A DNA stretch of 63,448 nt, filler included, from Octopus bimaculoides (Eukaryota): assembly GCF_001194135.2 (NCBI RefSeq). It is 6 parts of 5 records of this genome, joined end to end, with 100 filler letters (N's around TTAATTAATTAA, not from the genome) between each part and the next. Parts side by side here need not be neighbours in the genome. Positions count along the whole stretch, not along the records: positions 1 to 5,867 come from NC_068998.1; positions 5,968 to 36,957 come from NC_068986.1; 4 more parts are not named here. One strand, written 5' to 3'. Positions 1 through 10,374 of this stretch are shown piece by piece. A program made the position numbers and the translations under genes. How positions within the stretch are numbered: position 1 is the first letter of the stretch; every line of letters starts with the position of its first letter. The notes under the pieces are model-generated. The model did no database searches, was not told the DNA's origin, and worked only from the letters and a program-made list of their open reading frames with translations.

Positions 1-224
1 ATATATACATATATAATATATATATACATATATAATATATATATACATATATAATATATATATACATATATAATATATATACATATATAATATATATATA
101 CATATATAATATATATACATATAATATATATATATACATATATAATATATATATATACATATATAATATATATATATACATATATAATATATATATATAT
201 ATACATGGGCACACACACACACAG

Positions 225-277
<53 letters not shown>

Positions 278-280
278 TAT
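1..280. repeat. (TA)n-based AT-rich mini/microsatellite in the Nkx6 intron
   Basis: Repeated atatatacatatataat-type units. Confidence 0.9.
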
Positions 281-555
281 CGCTAGAAATATTGAAATGT
301 AATAGAAATGATCTTATAGAATTACAGGCCGCTAAAAGTCTAGAAAAACGCACATCAAAACACAAACCTAACAACACATAACACAGCACTACACGCGAGT
401 GCACACGAAACATTCACACACAACACACCCGCAAGACAAAGAACCATGCACTCACACACAAATATTCGCTCTCATACACACTCCCTCACATAAACACACG
501 TTAATTAGCCATAAACGATTCTAACAGTGCGTCTAATAATTGTTCATCTCCTTTG

Positions 556-594
<39 letters not shown>

Positions 595-875
595 NNNNNN
601 NNNNNNNNNNNNNNNNNNNNNNNNNNNNNNNNNNNNNNNNNNNNNNNNNNNNNNNNNNNNNNNNNNNNNNNNNNNNNNNNNNNNNNNNNNNNNNNNNNNN
701 NNNNNNNNNNNNNNNNNNNNNNNNNNNNNNNCAAAAAAGCAACAAAGTGAGGACGTGATACGGATAGTGTTATTGGACGGCTCGGGAAAGGAAAGAGAGA
801 ATATATCGGTTTTCGTTATTTATTACAGTTGTTTAATTTTTGTCTCTTTTTTTTTTTTTTTCTTTTCTTGTTAAG

Positions 876-1046
876 GTTTGGTTCCAAAATCGCCGCACGA
901 AATGGCGCAAGCGGCACGCGGCAGAAATGGCATCAGCTAAAAAGAAACAAGAACAGGCTGAGGAACTGGAAGGCACTTCAGACTTGGAAGACGATAGTTC
1001 TGATCTGGCAAGAAGTCACGGCATGTCTCTTGATCATTCTGGGTGA
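876..1046 (+). CDS. Nkx6: Terminal coding exon of an Nkx6-family (NK6/HGTX) homeobox gene: homeodomain helix 3 plus short acidic C-terminus; upstream exons lie outside the window
   Basis: Translates [33 protein letters not shown]...DHSG*, closely matching the vertebrate Nkx6.1/6.2 signature [12 protein letters not shown](K/R)HAxEMAxAKKKQ. Preceded by a long polypyrimidine tract and AG acceptor (ttaag, 871-875). The intron falls between homeodomain residues 46/47, the conserved NK-like position. TGA at 1044-1046. Confidence 0.93.
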   Translation, partial: VWFQNRRTKWRKRHAAEMASAKKKQEQAEELEGTSDLEDDSSDLARSHGMSLDHSG

Positions 1047-1159
1047 TGAACTGTTTGCAAACATACAAATAACAAAAAATACCTTCAAGACAATACATAT
1101 ATACATACGTATACGTTATGTATATGCACATACATACATGTACATATGTATATAGATTT

Positions 1160-1267
1160 GAATATATATATATATATACATAAATGCATATATATATATA
1201 TATATATTTGTGTACTTATATACATATGTGTGTATGTATATAGCGTTACACATACACATACATAAAC

Positions 1268-1333
<66 letters not shown>

Positions 1334-1523
1334 GCATATATATATATATTTGTGTACTTATATACATATGTGTGTATGTATATAGCGTTACACATACACA
1401 TATGTACACATACATAAACGTATATATATATATATATATTATGTGTGTGTGTATGTATTTATATACATATGTACACGTGTATGTATAGTTACACATACAT
1501 GTATGTATATATGCCTACATATA

Positions 1524-1571
<48 letters not shown>

Positions 1572-1600
1572 CATATATATATATTTGTGTGTATGTATAT
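1160..1600. repeat. Compound (TA)/(TG) microsatellite containing a ~140-bp tandem duplication
   Basis: tttgtgtacttatatacatatgtgtgtatgtatatagcgttacacatacaca occurs at ~1207 and ~1348. Confidence 0.8.
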
Positions 1601-1617
1601 AATTATTAATCACACGA

Positions 1618-1623
1618 AATAAA
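1618..1623 (+). terminator. Candidate polyadenylation signal for the Nkx6 transcript
   Basis: AATAAA ~570 nt after the stop codon, just beyond a (TA/TG)-microsatellite-rich putative 3'UTR; not confirmed. Confidence 0.35.
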
Positions 1624-1667
1624 CATTCAAAAACAGTAATTATAATTATTATTATTATATCAAAGAA

Positions 1668-1707
<40 letters not shown>

Positions 1708-1720
1708 CGATGATGATGAT
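1668..1720. repeat. (GAT)n microsatellite
   Basis: Direct reading. Confidence 0.95.
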
Positions 1721-2186
1721 AACATTGGTGGCGATGGTGGTGATGAAGGAGAACGTAGAAATGTACTGTTTATGATGCTGAGCAGTGTTTCAATCCTACT
1801 AGGTAGTCGTAAGGTGAAAGAGGAGACGGAATACAATTATCACTACGATTAACACCACCACCATCACCACCACCACCAGTACTGCCGCCCATACCACAAT
1901 ATAGCAATCGGTGCTACTACGAGTATTTACAAACATTACGACATCCACTACAAGAATGACACAAATACGATCATTCCCCCACCACCCCACCACACACCAA
2001 TCTCTACTTGATCCATAGAGTTCCTTCCCCCACGTTCTTACCTTTCCCACCCCTTTCTTTTTACAACAACTCCCCCCCCGTACCTTTCTTTAATATTAAC
2101 TTTTGGGAATTCCTCTGATACAAACGTACGTGGGTTTATAAGCTGCCATCCAAGGAGAGGAACGTACCTCCACCAACACACACGCC

Positions 2187-2279
2187 ACCACCACGATCAC
2201 CAACACTACCACCACGATCACCAACACTACCACCACAACCACCAACACTACCACCACGACCACCAACACTACCACCACC
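2187..2279. repeat. 21-bp minisatellite, ~4.4 copies
   Basis: Unit accaccacgatcaccaacact at 2187, 2208, 2229, 2250. Confidence 0.9.
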
Positions 2280-2334
2280 TACGCCAACACCATTACCACA
2301 ACTTTTCAAACGAGGAACCTTCTTGGCAGTGCCC

Positions 2335-2970
2335 TAACTAGCCCGAAATAGAAACTAAATTGCCCTCAAATTACGCCCTTACTGTCAAAAGAATGACTGA
2401 CATACATTGGACATACAACGTAGAACTTGATATACAAATGTCTGGATGGTCACGACGGGAACGTCTTTGGTTATAGTTTTGCTCCATCAGGACAAACCTT
2501 GGGGATTAAACAAAAATAAGACAATAATTATCATCATCATCGTCATCACGACCAACAGTGCGCGAACGCTTAACTTGCTAGAAAGAGCAGATAAATGTCC
2601 CTCAAATCACACTGTACTGTTTAAAAAAAAAGAAAAATGAAGGACACACTGGACAATGTACTCCTTGAAATAGAAATGACGTGATGGTCACGGATAGAAA
2701 CACTTTTGATAATAGTTCTACTCCGTCAGGGTTTGATTTAGGTGTTAAAAAACAGCACCAACATCGCTAGAAATAGCAGCCACATCTTTCTCAACTACAC
2801 CCCACGATCTTTTAACAAAATTTGGAAGGACATTAAATAATGTTTCTAGATACTCAGTATGTAAAGGAAATAAAAAAAAGAACTTGACGGGATGATCACG
2901 GCTGGAAAGCCCATTTAGGTCTGCTCAATCAGAGTTGATCTACGATTAAACAACAATTACAATTACACAA
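2335..2970 (+). mobile_element. Three head-to-tail diverged copies of a ~190-bp SINE-like/retroposon 3' module (family E)
   Basis: Each unit reads ctagaaatagcagc..aaat.ccctcaaatcacac..actgt...ggacac.ttgga.aatgt...ggatggtcacgg.tggaa...gg..taaacaac; units start near 2337, 2576 and 2765. Confidence 0.7.
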
Positions 2971-3345
2971 CAGTAAGATATAACTACAGCAAATAAATAT
3001 GTTAAAAACTAATTTGTTGACTATACTTATTATTATGATTATTATTATTGTTGTTGTTGTTGTTATTTTTAATGTTGTTGTTATTATTATCACCTTCTTA
3101 CAATCTTGTTGACATTTCTTGTCGATTGTCTTCCGAACACCTAGGGTAATGAAACACATTGTATACGTCGGTAGGCCATTAAAATAAACATAACAGATTG
3201 TTCATTTACAAAGTCATGTGACAGGAAAAGAAAAGGAGAAGAAAGACAGAGAGAAATAGGAAAGAAGGGAACAAAATGAAAAAAGGAAAAACTAAACAAA
3301 GAAAATAAAGGAGAAAAAGGAAGGAAAATTCACAGTAACAATGCG

Positions 3346-3378
<33 letters not shown>

Positions 3379-3390
3379 CGTTATTATTCA

Positions 3391-3590
3391 GGCGGCGATC
3401 TAACAAAATGTTTAGTGGCATTTCGTTTGTCTATACGTTTTGCGTTCAAATTCCACCGTGGTCGACTATGTTTTTCATCCTTTCGGGGTCGATAAAAGAA
3501 ATACAAATTGAATACTATAGCCGATGGAATCGACTTACCGCCTCCCCACTAGCTTGCTGACCTTGTGCCTATAGTAGAAAGGATTATCAT
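3391..3590 (+). mobile_element. tRNA-derived SINE, family B
   Basis: B-box-like gcgttcaaattcc and core tttcatcctttcggggtcgataaa shared with copies at 5160, 42722, 43530 and 51275. Confidence 0.75.
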
Positions 3591-3605
3591 TATTATTATT
3601 ATTAT

Positions 3606-3642
<37 letters not shown>

Positions 3643-4029
3643 TCTATAATTTTATCAGTTTTGCATTTTGTCATAAAATATTGTTAACTTCAATGGTGAA
3701 CTGAAACTAAAGTAACAATATGAACGGAAATTGCTTTTAGACCGGAAGTTAACCAACAAACGGACAACTAAGCATAAGTACGCGAGACCATGATACTTCT
3801 GTCATTCAACCGCATCAAAGTCATTTCTTTTAGTCAGAGTGCTCTCTGAATATTATCTCCTGGCATGAAACCTCGAGTAACAGTATTCAAAATAAAATTC
3901 TACTCTTCCAAATGTATTGAGTTCTCTTTATAAAAGACAACACTTGCATACACACAATTACAACTGTAGAAAAAAACATAAAACAGACTCTCACGCCAGG
4001 ATTGAATATTCGGTACGGACACATAGGCT

Positions 4030-4197
4030 AGGCGCTGGTGAGGCTGTGTGGTAAGAAGTTATCTTCCCAACCACATGGTTTCGGGTTCAGTCCTCCTGCC
4101 TGGCACCTTAAGTAAGTGTCTTCTACTATATATAGCCAGCAGCCGACGAAAGCTTTGTGAGTATATTTGGTAAACGAAACCTGAAAGAAGCCCGCCA
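4030..4197 (+). mobile_element. tRNA-derived SINE, family A (5' module only)
   Basis: ggctgtgtggtaagaag...ggttcagtcc...gtgtcttctactata...gaaagaagccc; A-box/B-box-like motifs. Confidence 0.8.
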
Positions 4198-4199
4198 GG

Positions 4200-4440
4200 C
4201 GATAACTGATGAAGGGTCGTTCTTTATGTTACTTTTCTTGTTTTCCATTTGTTTCTCTCGTTGTTCGCATACCTAAGTTTGTCATCGTATTTCATGTTGT
4301 TTTCGCATTTTATGTTGTTTACGTTTTGTGACGTCCCGTACCCATATATGCGTATATATATATATATATATACATACATATATATGGATGTATATACATA
4401 TATGCATGTATATATGCATATATATATGTTTTTTACATAT
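4200..4440 (+). mobile_element. Repeat family F (CTGATGAAGG + T-rich body + gtgatgtcc(t/c)gtaccc + TA-rich tail); probable PLE-terminal-repeat derivative
   Basis: Homologous to 35290-35490 (-) and 63235-63448 (+). Confidence 0.55.
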
Positions 4441-4690
4441 ATTATTATATGATCGAACGCCACGCATCCATTTCCAAGTAAGTTTATCTATCTATCAGAA
4501 GCCTAATTAATTGTGCGATTCGTCCCGAGATGTTATCAGAAAGATTTCGAATTTTGCCAGGATTGAATGGAATGGGATAAAATAATAAAATGAAATAAGT
4601 AGAATAAAATCGAATTATATTTTATGTCGTTCTCTACACTATCAAAAACGCTATCGCTCTGTGTGCGTGTGTGTGCGTGCGTGCGTGTAT

Positions 4691-4739
<49 letters not shown>

Positions 4740-5159
4740 GTAATGTCTATTTGCAAACGCAACGTGGTAGTCCTACGCAGAATGACGTTACTACATTTTA
4801 ACCCCCGGAAAAAATCTCTTCCAGTTGTCGACATATGATCTATCTGTGTCCGTATATTGCGAGCAGGGGAGTCTATCGCCCCCTTTCTAGCCGTAGCGAT
4901 ACTTGCAGATCAATGGCCTCTGGGCAATTTTCCTTCCTCGATAGCGGGCAAACGCCGGCTAGACATAGCAGTCACTCGCTTTTGCACACAGTATATACTT
5001 TTAAAGTATCTGCAAGTATTCTTGGCAGGGTTCTTGAAGCGTGACCAGTAAACAAGTGTCACCTTAGTCTGCTGGCTGTGGTCAGCTGACACTTTCCATC
5101 ATACCCAGCAAAATAGGCTGAAGTTTTCATCAAATAATAATAATAATAAATAATAATAA

Positions 5160-5378
5160 TAATGGTTTCAAATTTTTCCACGAGGGCAGCCACTTTGGGG
5201 GAGGGAGATGAGTCTATTACATCGACCCCAGCATTCAGATGGTACTTAATTTATCGACCTCGAAAGGCTGAAAGGCGAAGTGGACACAGGTGGCATTTGA
5301 ACTCAAAACGTAAAGCCGGACGAAATGCCGCGAAGCATTTTGCCCGGCGTGCTAACGATTCTGCCAGCTCGCCGCCTT
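5160..5378 (-). mobile_element. tRNA-derived SINE, family B, near full length
   Basis: Reverse complement reads ggcggcgagctggcagaatcgttagcacgccggg...gagttcaaatgcc...cctttcgaggtcgataaattaagtacc...ctggggtcgatgtaatagact, followed by a (TTA)n tail. Confidence 0.85.
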
Positions 5379-5681
5379 AAACAACAACAACAACAATAAT
5401 AACAATAATTATAATAATAATAATAATGATAATAATAATAAACGCAATAACGAGGGATTATAGTAGCTTGTCGAAGTGAGTTGAGAAGCTGAGCAATTAG
5501 ATTGACTTAAGTTATTGAATTAAAATCCTTATGCCATGTTAAAATAGTTTGGTAAAGAGATTTATATGAATATGGGATTTGAGATTTGTGTCAAGGTCAA
5601 CACGAAGAAACAGTTTTAAATATTAAATCTTAACTGTATTAACATATATATACACAGCAAGAAATGTCGCAGCCAGTAACA

Positions 5682-5755
<74 letters not shown>

Positions 5756-5831
5756 CACACACTCACATTCATACACATGTATATTATTTGAAAATCTGAT
5801 TAGTTATTTACATTCATTTGTGCCAGGCAAG

Positions 5832-5867
<36 letters not shown>

Positions 5868-5911
5868 NNNNNNNNNNNNNNNNNNNNNNNNNNNNNNNNN
5901 NNNNNNNNNNN

Positions 5912-5923
5912 TTAATTAATTAA
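5912..5923. other. Artificial scaffold spacer N44-TTAATTAATTAA-N44 (six-frame stop linker)
   Basis: Identical 100-nt cassette recurs with the core at 37002, 45973, 59096 and 61671. Confidence 0.95.
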
Positions 5924-5967
5924 NNNNNNNNNNNNNNNNNNNNNNNNNNNNNNNNNNNNNNNNNNNN

Positions 5968-6077
5968 GAGAACACCACATAAGATGTGCAATGAAAACGT
6001 ACTCTTCAGCTGCATAATGGAAATTCATTATGCAGCTGAGGAGTACATTTTCATTGCACATCTTATGTGGTGTTCTC
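5968..6077. repeat. Near-perfect foldback: 52-bp arms, 6-nt loop
   Basis: gagaacacc...gcataatg / cattatgc...ggtgttctc, 2 mismatches. Confidence 0.9.
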
Positions 6078-6607
6078 ACAACATAAATAAATGAAGTTTG
6101 TATGAAACGTACGTACTGCTATAACCTAATGAATTTTTGTTGCTTTTCTTCAAATTTTATTCACAAAATCTCTTGATTTTGTTTTTGGTTTTTACCCTAC
6201 CAAATTCTGGTGCCTCAAACATTTTAAGTACCACATTTAATCTTTTGATTAAATCTATATTATATATACATATATAAGACAAGACAAAAGTGGGTAACAC
6301 AAAGGAGAAATGAAAACTGTCCTAAAGGACTATAGACACAGGAAGGGTAGAGCAAGGAGCTCAGAAAATCATGTCCAGTATGGTCGAAGGCAATGTGAAA
6401 AGGAATGACACCACCTTAAGTCACGTGATAGTGGGAGGAGGGTAACAATGAAAGGCACAGAGAGAAAAAGAAAGGAAAGTAAGAGAAGCAAAGTAAAGGA
6501 AAGAGTGACACAAAAATATTCTAAGAAAATTCTATAAATGGGTAAAGAATTAATGACTGCATGCATTACACACACATACATAGTTTTTCAGCCCATGCAT
6601 TGTCAGC

Positions 6608-6653
<46 letters not shown>

Positions 6654-7009
6654 TATTAATCCAAATAAGTGGAGGAACAGAAGAAAGGAAGTTGAAAATG
6701 CTCAGAAAATATATTTGGATGAATTCGAATTTAATTATATTTAAATTATAGGAATACACTTTACTACTTTCACATGAGATTTTCAAAAGTATATAGTATA
6801 TGAAGCTGTGTCATGAATTATGCCTATTCTGGCCATTGTTATAAAACAGTTTGTTTTTAAAGTAGGAGTTTAGTTTAGAACACTATCTGTTGACATACAA
6901 ATTAATTGGTCAACGTTTATGTATTAAGTTCATGTGGCAGTTGTACAAGAAGGCCATATATTTTCTCCATTGAACGTCATATGACAGTTAGAAAAGAGAA
7001 ATATGGATA

Positions 7010-7160
7010 AGTCTTGCAGCAGCATTCATCTGGTGTGGGTTCATCTGGCTCCAACCAATGAGTTCACCATATCCCTTATGAATGCTGACCACTTCTGATG
7101 GTCAGCCACAGTTAAAGCAAATGCCCCACTGGGAGAGCAAATGTGTCAGATAGCATTCAC
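7010..7160 (-). mobile_element. Degenerate RTE-like LINE 3' end
   Basis: Minus strand reads ...VADHQKWSAFIRDMVNSLVGAR*, resembling RTE C-termini. Confidence 0.4.
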
Positions 7161-7699
7161 ATCATAGCTATAGTCAGTATTCCCTGTTGAGGTGTAGAGT
7201 TCATGTTTGAAGTTTGAGTGGGAATACAAGTACACATGTGGCCCCTGACCACATGCATACACACTTTTGGACAGTGTGATTTTTAGTAGCTCATCTTACT
7301 GTCGATTGTCGACCATCGCAGAGGATTTGCTGACCAAGTCACTGTTGATTATCAACACAGACATAGCCTGAATTTAAAGAAGATTCTAGAGACATGCTTT
7401 AACAAAATCTAAGAGTTGCCTCACTCTCAGTGGTCTTCCAGCATGCTGGACTCCAACCCAGGGTTTGTGCTATAATATAATAATTCTTCACATAAAAGTG
7501 TGATAGAGAATTATTGTTTATTATTCTGTCAAAGAATAATGTTACCAATTAGAGTTAGTTCCCTCCCATTGAACATGTTAAAACATATGCCTTCTTTGTT
7601 AACAAGGTGTGGGGTAAGTAAGATAATGAGGTGTGGAGTAAATAAGGTAAATGAGAGCTGCTACAAGTACTTTGGTTTTCTTAAGAGCAAGCTAAAGTT

Positions 7700-8310
7700 G
7701 ACCCCTTAAGATAATTAATTCATAAGAAAAGGAGTATTGTGTATTACTGCTGTTTTTTAAAGCCTGTTCTGCAATAGCTCATATTTTTTGATAAACAAAC
7801 TTTCCCTATTAATTCTTGTTTGGTCTGGAGTATTGTCTGCACATTGAAAGAGTGGGAAGACAAGATATTTGGAAGATTTGGCTTGTATCCAGGTGTTCAC
7901 TAAGGGGAATTTGTCTAGTTTTGGGATCATGTATTTGCTGATCTAATCTCATTCTTAATGTGAGTTTAGTTTGACCTATGTAGTCTTCCCTGCATCCATT
8001 GCATTTGATGGCATATATTAAATTTTTTGAAGAATAAATAAAATAGTTTTACACAGTAAGAACTTGTTCTAATTTACGTTTATTAGTTGTGTTCTCAATA
8101 AGATTCTCACAAGTTCCACTTTTAACTTTTAGAGTTGAGGCCATAGATAGTACTTTTGAATTGGCAATGTGTCTTTTTAGAGACTTTGGTTGCCTTTTGC
8201 ATTTGATTATTTTGTATGATTCGAGTGTATTTTTTATTCTTTGGTCTTGGCTCAATAATGGGTATGTTCTGATGGATAATGTTGAATGCTTCTGTCTCTT
8301 AGGTTGTGTA
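7700..8310 (-). mobile_element. Penelope-like element remnant: linker plus GIY-YIG endonuclease, frameshifted
   Basis: ...RQPKSLKRHIANSK...GTCENLIE... then SSKNLIYAIKCNGCREDYIGQTKLTLRMRL..QQIHDPKTRQIPLSEHLD (GIY-YIG motif LIY...YIG). Confidence 0.85.
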
Positions 8311-8336
8311 TTGTAATTAATGTGTGTGTGTGTGTG

Positions 8337-8372
<36 letters not shown>

Positions 8373-8599
8373 GGGAGAAAGAGAGAAAGTGAGGGTCTGG
8401 GGAGAAAGATACAGAAAGAGTGACAAATCATGGAGCAATCAACTGTATTTATACTTTCCAGCTCTGTGTTTGATATTATTGTTTAATATATTTGTTGGAG
8501 TGACTATCATGTTTTATTGAAGAATTACATAAAATTTTGAAAATTTATTATAAAGTTCACCAAGGACTATTTTAATCAATATGTTCTTTTAAAAAGAAA

Positions 8600-8925
8600 G
8601 AATAATATGAATGATATGAAGGTACAGAGGCTATGCAGATAGCTAGTTCAGAGGAGTGGAGGCTGTTAAAGTAATAAAAAAGGAATTAGAGAAGAAACTG
8701 TGTCTATCAGCTAGTATTGAGAGAATTGTTGTGATAAGAGAATCCTAGACAATCAATTAGAATGCCTTCTTTTGGATGCAGCACTGGACGTTTATGTGTG
8801 TAGTAGTAGTTCTGTCCTGGGAGTAGCTGTCAATGTGGATACTTCATTGAAGTCACTCTACAGGTGTAGGTGATTTGGAAGTTATGATGACATTGTTGCT
8901 GGCCTGTGATTAAAAGTTGAGATGT
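8600..8925 (-). mobile_element. CR1/L2-group LINE RT C-terminal remnant
   Basis: IQKKAF*LIV*DSLITTILSILADRHSFFSNSFFYYFNSLHSSELA resembles the CR1-type VQRKAxRLI...LAHRR...FYRYF.G.CSSEL. Confidence 0.5.
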
Positions 8926-9080
8926 TGTGCTGGTCAACTCCAGACGCATTCCAGTCGTGACCATTCTGTCTTTCTGAGGTCTGCATTATCTAATGTGTTC
9001 TACCTTTATATAAGCTGGTACAGTGTGATTTGAGGGAGAATTGTTGCTGTTTCTAGTATGTTGAATAACCTTGTAGAGGC
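8925..9080 (-). mobile_element. Family E SINE-like copy
   Basis: gtgtgatttgagggagaattgttgctgtttctag is the reverse complement of the family E core. Confidence 0.65.
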
Positions 9081-9258
9081 TCCCTCACAGATGGGAGTTG
9101 TGATGTTGATGTCATGTATGAAGAGAAACAGCTGGAATTGAGAATCAAAGCCAAAACCAAAACTTAGCTTGTTGTTAGCTTCACCAACATTGTGATATAA
9201 TTAACTTTGAAAATCTAATATTTGAAAATAGGGAAAAAAAAAAATTAAAAGTTTCAGA

Positions 9259-9672
9259 TGAGTGGCTATGTGGTAAGTAGCTTGCTTACCAGCCACATGG
9301 TTCTGGGTTCAGTTCCACTGTGTGGTACCTTGGGCAAATGTCTTCTACTATAGCCTCGGGCTGATCAAAGCCTTGTGAGTGGATTTGGTAGGCAGAAACT
9401 GAAAGAAGCCCATCGTATATATGTATATATGTGTGTATGTATGTGTGTGTGTATATGTTTGTGTGCCTGTGTTTGTACCCCCAACATCACTTGACAACCG
9501 ATGCTGGTGTGTTTGCGTCCCCGTAAAATAGTGGTTCGGCAAAAGACACAGATAGAATAAGTACTAGGCTTAAAAAGAATAAGTCCTGGGGTCGATTTAC
9601 TCGACTAAAAGCAGTGCTCCAGCATGGCCACAGTCAAATGACTGAAACAAGTAAAAGAGTAGAAGAGAGAGA
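9259..9672 (+). mobile_element. SINE family A, full bipartite copy (tRNA head + internal TA/TG microsatellite + 3' module ending gactgaaacaagtaaaaga)
   Basis: Aligns by eye end to end with 22741-23155 and 39392-39842. Confidence 0.9.
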
Positions 9673-10374
9673 GAAAAGAAAAATTAATTAATAGAAAAAT
9701 TACCCCTATAATTTAAAAATTTATATTAGAAATTTTGCGGCAGGGGATATAGCAGTGTAGGAAATGTATTAGTTATTCCAATGATATTTTAACATTGTTT
9801 TGCAGCTATATAAGCTAATATCTAAAGAATATATTTATCTTCCCTTTCTTGTGTGTTGCACAGTACTTTTATTTTAAATTCTAATTTTTGTTTTCATCTC
9901 TTGTAACTATTATCATTATTTCATTAAAAATACATTTACCTATTTCTAACTATTACTTCAATATTTTTCCAATATAACAACTGGAAATATTTTATTGTGT
10001 CTAGGGAGAGTCATTCTCTTTTAGTGCCTTANNNNNNNNNNATGTTTATGTATGTGTGTATGCATGTATATATATGTATGCATGTATATATATGTATGCA
10101 TGTGTGTACGTTTGTATGTATGTATGTATTCTGCATAATCATGTGTTTCAGTCTTCATTTGTGTCTGTGTGTGTGCTTGTCTCTTCGTATTACCTATGTA
10201 CTTATCTATCTATTTATCTGTCTGTTTACTTACATATCTATTTACTTACGCACATACACACACACACACACATATATATACTGGAGTAAGCACATAAATG
10301 TGCAACAAGGTGGAAAAAAGANNNNNNNNNNTTCTAACTATTACTTCAATATTTTTCCAATATAACAACTGGAA

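Noticed and set aside
840-875. ORF-track N-terminal extension [12 protein letters not shown] of the homeobox ORF
   Set aside because: This is the intron polypyrimidine tract and AG acceptor; the K before VWFQ is coincidental
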